Assembly: GCA_002633005.1 (NCBI GenBank)
Contig: NMRA01000124.1
Span: 823,814 to 887,813, forward strand
Direction: 5' to 3'
DNA: 64,000 nucleotides
Source of the DNA: Phoronis australis
Lineage: Eukaryota > Animalia > Phoronida
Shown: positions 57,401 through 64,000 of the stretch, piece after piece
How positions within the stretch are numbered: position 1 is the first letter of the stretch
Layout: each line of letters begins with the position of its first letter
Notes under the pieces: model-generated
The model's database searches: none
The model's input: only the letters and a program-made list of their open reading frames with translations
Told to the model about the DNA's origin: nothing
Program-made: the position numbers and the translations under genes

Positions 57401-60400
57401 CCATTTTCCCCATTTTTAATTATTAAGGTCAACAAAACAATAAAACGACATTAACCCATGGTTAGATAAACGGATAACAATGGTCAGTTACGGTAATCAA
57501 AGTCGAATAACACAGTACGAGAAGTGATGTGTAACATAACACGAAATAAAAACATAAAAGCAAGGCGTGCATCGACGAGCAAATTCTACCTGGCAGCTGA
57601 CACAGAACCACGGCAATAGGCTAACAGTACTGAGCCATGTTTCTCACTGTTAGCATACAGCAAAAGCAGTAATGAGCATTGCCCAACACGAACACACAAA
57701 CACACAGAACACTACCCTGACCGTCTGTTTGCACCAAGATCACGCAAACGACGTCACAATTTCAAAATCTTGCTGAAATGTGAGGGGTACGTAAGCGAAA
57801 ACACGTTTTCGATACTCTAGATAAGTACAACGTTCTGGAATGGTGTTACTCAAAGTGTTAGCAACAAATTTCGTGCCTGAAATTAAAACGAAAATTAAAT
57901 CGCACAAGGGCACAGGCTTATGTAATCCAGGTATCGGGACATGTAGACTTCACAGTTGAGGTTTGAGAAGGGGTATTAGGAAAACGGTACACGCATAAAA
58001 CCAAGCACTGAGTTACAGCTAACACTACAGCTATGAGAGGGATTGTTGAGAAAATGGGGAGGGAGAGCAGACGATGTGGAAGTGCCAGCGTGTGTGTGTG
58101 TGTGAAGGTAGCACTATCTACTGACAGAAGAACGGGGCAAGTTAGTCTGTGTACGACGGCAGATTACCTGGGACTCGGTTTGGGGATTTGAGATGGTTTG
58201 GCCTCCTTCGCTGTCCTGCGACAGGGTCAAAACATGGCAGGCGTTAACAACGATGACAGTGCGTGCGCTACGATTCCCTCTCATACAGGGTTTCATGTTC
58301 CTTTCCCACAAGCTATTTTTACCGCAAGGATTAAAAGGGTAATTTTTGTCAACGATTGTCGATGAACACAACTGAATAATGGAGTGCACGATATCGCAAC
58401 ACGACTCCCAAGCCATGCATTTTTTTCTCCGTTATGCAAAATTTCCCATAAAAAATCAGTCCGTTTTCAACGATCCCAGCTTTAACATAACGAGTGGGAA
58501 TGGAATGCACAGTGATAGGTGTACTCGCATCCAATGCTCTGGTTGTGTGCGCCTGGCAAGCCAATATGGCGGTGATTTAGCGAGTGTGACACGTTGTTGA
58601 CAGGTGCTTGTGCACTCATGGTACTCGGTTTCATCTAGCAAGCTGACCTCGTCTAGCATACATAGTGTAGGTATGAACTGTGGTACATGGATCATTAAAC
58701 TGTAAGTCTGTCAACAGTAAATCTTCAGGACAGATGTACTCTTAGACTAAAAGTTTCACACACCACTGGATGCCTTTCAGTGGGTTATTTTAGTCAGTAT
58801 TCTGACTATGCTAACTCAACAGTAATAAAATTCAGTATCCAAGGAGCTGCAAACATCTCAAGCCGAGTACAGCTAAAATTAAGTCAAACTGCAAATTTCA
58901 CACCATTTGTAATTAAACGAAAGACAATCGAACCTATTTGTTGATGAAATCAAGAGTCCTACTTGGTTCATAGAGAAATCGCAAAAATAAGCCCAAATAT
59001 TTTACACTACATCGCTATATCCGAAAACAGCTTTTAATAGTATTCCCAAGAGGACATTGTTCGAGGCTTTAGTACATAAAATGGAGGCTTGAGGACTGAA
59101 AATGTCAAATCATAGCTAATAATGGTCAAGTAATCCTGAAATCTGACAACAAAATAGATCTAAAAAGGATTACGATACATTTTTTTTTGTAGTGGACAAC
59201 ACATTGCTATCCATAATGACAGCAGTGACATATTTCAAGAGTAGAGGATTCGATTTTCTTCTAACCCAATAAAAACGCAAACAACAACAAGCCTGCAAAC
59301 AGACACAAAAATCACAGTTTTGCAGTTTTGGCCCTATAGAGGTCACCAATGTTGGCTGCCACTACAGGTGTTTGCAACAATCCCCATCTAAGCACATAGA
59401 GTTAGGTGACAGTGTAGCCAACAGTCAAGCATGTCTTACTTGGTTAGTGATTTGGCACGATTATTAGATGGTATCAGGTCGTCGAAGAAAGCATCGTCAT
59501 CTTCACTGAAGCTGGACCGGTTGGAATCTTTCTTCGTTTTCTCCCAACCGTTGGTCTGTAACAGTGGAACACGCAAATTCAAGTCCACAAATAAAAATTT
59601 GTGTTGGAGACTGTTACAGAAATTATTCAGCATTTCTTTTCTAAATCGATAACAGAGCGTATGTGAAACTTCTCAACAATAGAAAAATGCAAAACAATAG
59701 GTCTTAATGAACAATCCCAAGTCTCAAAACAAGCTGCACTACACAACCAAACAACCAAACTAAGGATGATACGTCAGTGCCAGATAAAACACAGTACCAC
59801 CATGTCATTTGGGTTAGCAATACATCCTCCAGTTCAAGAATAGCAACTCGGTTAAAAACAGCGATAAAATAATGCGCCCACATATTTATATATAAATGAG
59901 CCGAACAAAAATGTTTACAATGGTACGCAATGCGTTTCGGCCCTCACAGTCATGGGCAATGCCAGTACGGTATTTATCAGTCTTGCATATAAAAACACTA
60001 GAAAGCCAACAGCTTTTTCGACACCTTTTTCACAGGTCCTGGTATCTTGGACGGAGTTGCCGAAGACATAGACCCTCGTGGGGACGACGGCACAATGTCG
60101 GACACGTCATGAGACACGACACTCTTGCACAGGATAAACAGACGCTTGTACATATTGAGGAACTCGTCAAAGTCGATGGCTGCAAGAGATACCAGATGAT
60201 GTCACAAGCTGTGAAGGTACAGCGTTATAACCAATCTTTCAGGGTAACGTTACCAATGTGTTGGAATTCAGGAGAGCCTCAGATCAGTGGTGAACCCAAA
60301 TCTTTTATTAGATCAAAGTGAAAATTACATTGACAGGTTACAGCAATAGGAAAGCATATTTAAGTTTCCTAATATTTGTGTTTTCAGTGCATGTCACTGT

Positions 60401-63391
60401 TTTCGAAAACAAACTAGTTTCGTGTCAACTTGGCTGATACTTGCGTCACGCCACAACTATGTTATTGTCACCTAGCTACAGAAAATAATCGCCTTTTACT
60501 TCTCAGTTTCTTCAACTCTGCTAGCACACTAACATGACAAAAAGGCCTTGACAGCAAACACGATCACTAAATATTTACAAACTACAAATTATGAAGGCTG
60601 GTTAGCCATGAGAATCTATGATTATTTGTCAATGTACCTACACACATTTCGCCATTGTAGCTCTTTCAAAATGCTTCTGTGAAGAGACTGTAGCAACATG
60701 AACACATCTCACACACAATACAGTTCACCTCCTAGCTTTAAACAACATCAACCACATCAACTACATGATCAGGTGAAGAAACAATCCAGAGTGCAGACTC
60801 GAAAGTACTCCGGCCAATCAACAGGCAACAGCTACAAAACATGGTCGCCACTCGTAATGTGATTTCGAGTTGCATGAGTTTTCCATCATATAATTTCATT
60901 TTCCAAAAGTTATTTTTCTAGCCAAAAGTGGACGTACAATACTTTTTCCAAGTGCAAACATAAATAGCAATGTCATTTGCAAAATGAATTTTAGAATTAA
61001 CTTGTGAAAATTTCCATCAATTTCTCTGAGATTTTAAACCATTTTCATTTCCAGACTTGCCCTAAACTCTTCACGTAGTTCCACTGTTGAATCTGGGAGT
61101 CCGCACAAAGAATCATTTCTCAACCGCACATTTGTGCCAATGCTGGAAAATTCAACATACCATTGCTGAAGTCTTTGTCCACAGATCGAAACTCATCGTT
61201 CACGTAACGCTCCAGCATATTTCTGAAAATTTCCAGAAATTTATCCACATGCTGCACTAACAAGATACAAGAACCAACGGGACTCAAATGCTGTGTTCAA
61301 ACAACTAGCTGCAGATGAGCCAGAAGAACAATTTGGCAGCAGCTGCTTAATATGTAGATAAAATATGCTTAACACACACCATGTTCATGACGAATACTTT
61401 TCAATGATATTCGCGCGATCTCTCTAGCTTTGACAGTCGTTCGCAACAAAACTATAAAGCAGGTGACCAAGAGACATGAGAAAACTAATGACTAAAATGA
61501 CAACTACGTTTCAAGACTGTTCTTGTCTCACCTTCAGGCAAAAATAAAACGACACACGGTTACAAAAATATGTCACGAAGGGTCGTGACCCACTCAGTTA
61601 CAAACCAATATACACGTACTGGAAAAACTGAGCCAGCGTATGGCACATCCTTGTGAGCTGCAGTTTTTTTTTCAAGTGATTATCAAAGACTCCAATATAT
61701 TCAACCTATGGGTGTCATGTTATGAACATGAAGACAATTTCATTGGTGCAATATGTTTTCTTAACTCAAGTATCAAGTTGAGCACATGAAACTGTGTGAA
61801 TATAAGAAACTCCCTTATGCAATGCAGAATCAGTACGAAACAACGGTGAAGCTAGTCCCACTGAAAACATTACACAAACCTCTTTCACAGAATGGATTCG
61901 TGTTTAAAGGCAAGTCACATCTCAAATTTTCAAAATGTCACAGGGAAGTCTCAGTTGTCACAACTTTTTGGTGCTTCTTCCACATATAAGACACATCAAC
62001 TTTGCTTTTGTCACATATGTGATCCACACCACTTTACGATGAATTTAACAACTTCAAAATTTGTGAAAAAAGGAACCACCACTTGATACACAATAAAATA
62101 ACTGTAAACCCAACAAAACACAAACACTAAATAATAGGGTGAAAATTTGTTGCAGAACTCTCAAAATGTCAAAAAATTTCAGGCAAGCAGGTTTTTGTCG
62201 CAGAATGTCACGACGTCACAGGGAATCCTTTCTCTGCTCTTTATAGTAATAATTATATTTTTTCAATTTCTTCATTATGATATCCATTTCCACCACTACT
62301 GTCACTACCGCCATAGATCAGAACTACAGCCAATAGGAGGCGACACAAGTTACTAGGCACTCACCTGTGAAAACCCGGAAACATGTCAGCGAACAAACAC
62401 CGCAGTTCGTCTTTTTCTATTGTACCGCTTTTATCCTAGGTGACAAAAAAGACCTTAGACACCACCGTCTACTTAAAATCTTAGCAAATACGCAAGTTAC
62501 GGCTCAGAAGAAATTAAACAAAACCAGGTGCAATGAAAGAAGAAAAGGTGGAACGAGTCAATTATATCCCCGTGTCATGAGACTGTAGACAAATTTGCAA
62601 AGTCTGACTACTCAGTTTCATCGGCACTTTTCAAACGATGATAACTTTACTACAAATAGTGGAAATTTAATGAAACGTTATTTATGACATCTACACAGTA
62701 CAAGCTGCGATAATAGGCTAAAATTTTCTTAATCTTTTTTTTGAGAAGAAATTTGACAAAACAGAACTATAACTTTGCTATAAATAGTGGAAACTTTATC
62801 AAATGTAATTAATTATATCTACACAGTACAAACTATGCTCGTAGCAGACTAAAATTTTCTTAATATTTATTTTTGAGAAGAAATTTGACAAATAAGAACT
62901 TGAATTGTTAGCCATATTGTGTGCAAAATGCACGGTGCTCAGGATATACAGATTGTACCCGTCAACTGTCAATTTAGAATTAAATAAATTTAAAGAAGGA
63001 AAACAAGGCGGTTGAATTAAATCAGGGTACAGCCGCAGCAATAAACAGAGGGTACCGTGACCTGTTAAAACCGTCACTGTCACATGCAAGGGTCTCACTA
63101 TTTTGAGAGCCATTTTTTCTACTAACACTGAATAACAGACACCAAAAAGGTTCTCAAAATTCGAGGCCCCTGCAAGTGACCAAGGCCGTTGAAACAGCCT
63201 GTGGAGAACACGTACTACCCAGGCAAAATTTCCTCCGTAATTTTCTCAAGTTGAAAGTTAAATCGCGTACAAAAACACACAACTTGCTATGAAAGAACCA
63301 CTTACGGACTAAATGGAAGCTTGACACTACTCACCTTATCATAGAAATTAAATTTTTCTTTAGCATCAGCAATCTGCTGTGAAGTCAAATC
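54415..63391 (-). CDS. CEP43: CEP43/FGFR1OP (FOP)-like centrosomal protein with an EF-hand pair; 3' part only, 5' end outside the window
   Basis: Exons 63391-63335 (DLTSQQIADAKEKFNFYDK), 62435-62365 (DKSGTIEKDELR..), 61222-61161 (..EFRSVDKDFSN), 60179-60025 (IDFDEFLNMYK..TPSKIP), 59555-59440 (EDDDAFFDD), 58215-58168 (possible cassette), 56768-56575 (GLSSLQGLPSL), 56163-56095, 54940-54801 (DDYEDDF..SIAEEIEEEIEEDIS), 54501-54415 (DDLTTDRTIS..DYIEDVLSF*). Phases are consistent and the motif order matches the recalled FOP C-terminal half. The LisH domain is not visible here. Confidence 0.8.
55194..55695 (+). mobile_element. hAT-like MITE, 502 bp, 6-bp TSD TTTAAT
   Basis: TIR cagggcttggaa / ttccaagccctg; close copy of 36782-37294. 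Confidence 0.9.
56256..56472 (-). mobile_element. hAT-like MITE in inverted orientation, 6-bp TSD AATACT; middle missing at an N
   Basis: Same TIRs; both ends match the 55194 element; junction falls at an N after a poly-A run (56392). Confidence 0.85.
61885..62235 (-). repeat. Dispersed repeat, inverted copy of about 29985-30365
   Basis: Collinear reverse-complement similarity. Confidence 0.7.
62640..62900 (+). repeat. ~130-bp tandem duplication
   Basis: ataacttt.cta.aaatagtggaaa..atctacacagtacaa..ctaaaattttcttaat..ttttgagaagaaatttgacaaa occurs twice. Confidence 0.85.
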
Positions 63392-64000
63392 CTGCAAATG
63401 CAATGCCTCAATAAATCAAAATTCAAATTGCAAGATTGTCGAATAATGTGCTTCATCAAAAAATAGTCCAATAACTACGAATAAGGGAAACTATGGTAAC
63501 AACCAAAGTGAACGTTTAACAAAAATATGTAAAAAGAACAATCGTGAGATATTAGGTAACCTTAGCTGCAGTAAACTGGTCAATCAGTTGCAGTGGAAAA
63601 TAATTAATAGCGCTCTGCTTCGCGAAAAGTGACTGAAGACTTAATAAGTCTACTTCTGAAAAATAACTGAATCTCACTTGAGGAAAAATTAAAAGAGAAC
63701 ATTAGACACATAAATGTTAGCTACTGAGATAATTTCTAGAATATATTTCTAGACTTCGGTAAGTCTTTATTCCGTAAGTGAAGTGATAGCGCAAAACCAA
63801 ATTTCTTCCATAAGTCCAAGTCACTTGTCATGAAACCACAGGTTCTTTTACCATACAATGCCACAAATCTATACACTGTTACTGACACTAACGGTTTTCT
63901 ATATAACTTCTGACTTTTGAAAAGGATCACACAGTATATAACCATTAAGAAAGGAACTTTTGCTTCCAAACAGCAGAAGAAACACTTAACGTTGGCACAG

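Noticed and set aside
59896-60321. 141-aa plus-strand ORF
   Set aside because: It is antisense to the CEP43-like exon 60179-60025 and has no independent support

Overview
Eukaryotic (AT-rich, bilaterian invertebrate-like) genomic DNA, not prokaryotic. It holds four spliced genes: (1) the 5' part of transportin-3 (TNPO3) on the minus strand, ATG at 9978, running off the left edge; (2) a complete WASH complex subunit 3 (WASHC3/CCDC53) on the plus strand, head-to-head with TNPO3, with an obligatory GC-AG intron; (3) a complete ~34-exon CHD3/4/5 (Mi-2) chromatin remodeler of about 1998 aa, with a U12-type intron, a duplicated splice acceptor leading to a stop, and a polyQ tract; (4) the 3' part of a CEP43/FGFR1OP-like gene on the minus strand that encodes a pair of EF-hands and converges on CHD. 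Introns are full of non-autonomous elements: a Helentron/HINE-like element whose core is an array of ten same-orientation CTCF-like motifs, hAT-like MITEs with 6-bp target duplications, TTAA-flanked MITEs, a long-TIR MITE and tRNA-derived SINEs. A 1.06 kb duplication across an N at 51790 is probably an assembly artefact. Most short ORFs in the track are exon read-throughs or noise. Gene names come from recalled protein similarity and exons were traced by eye; no database search was run.
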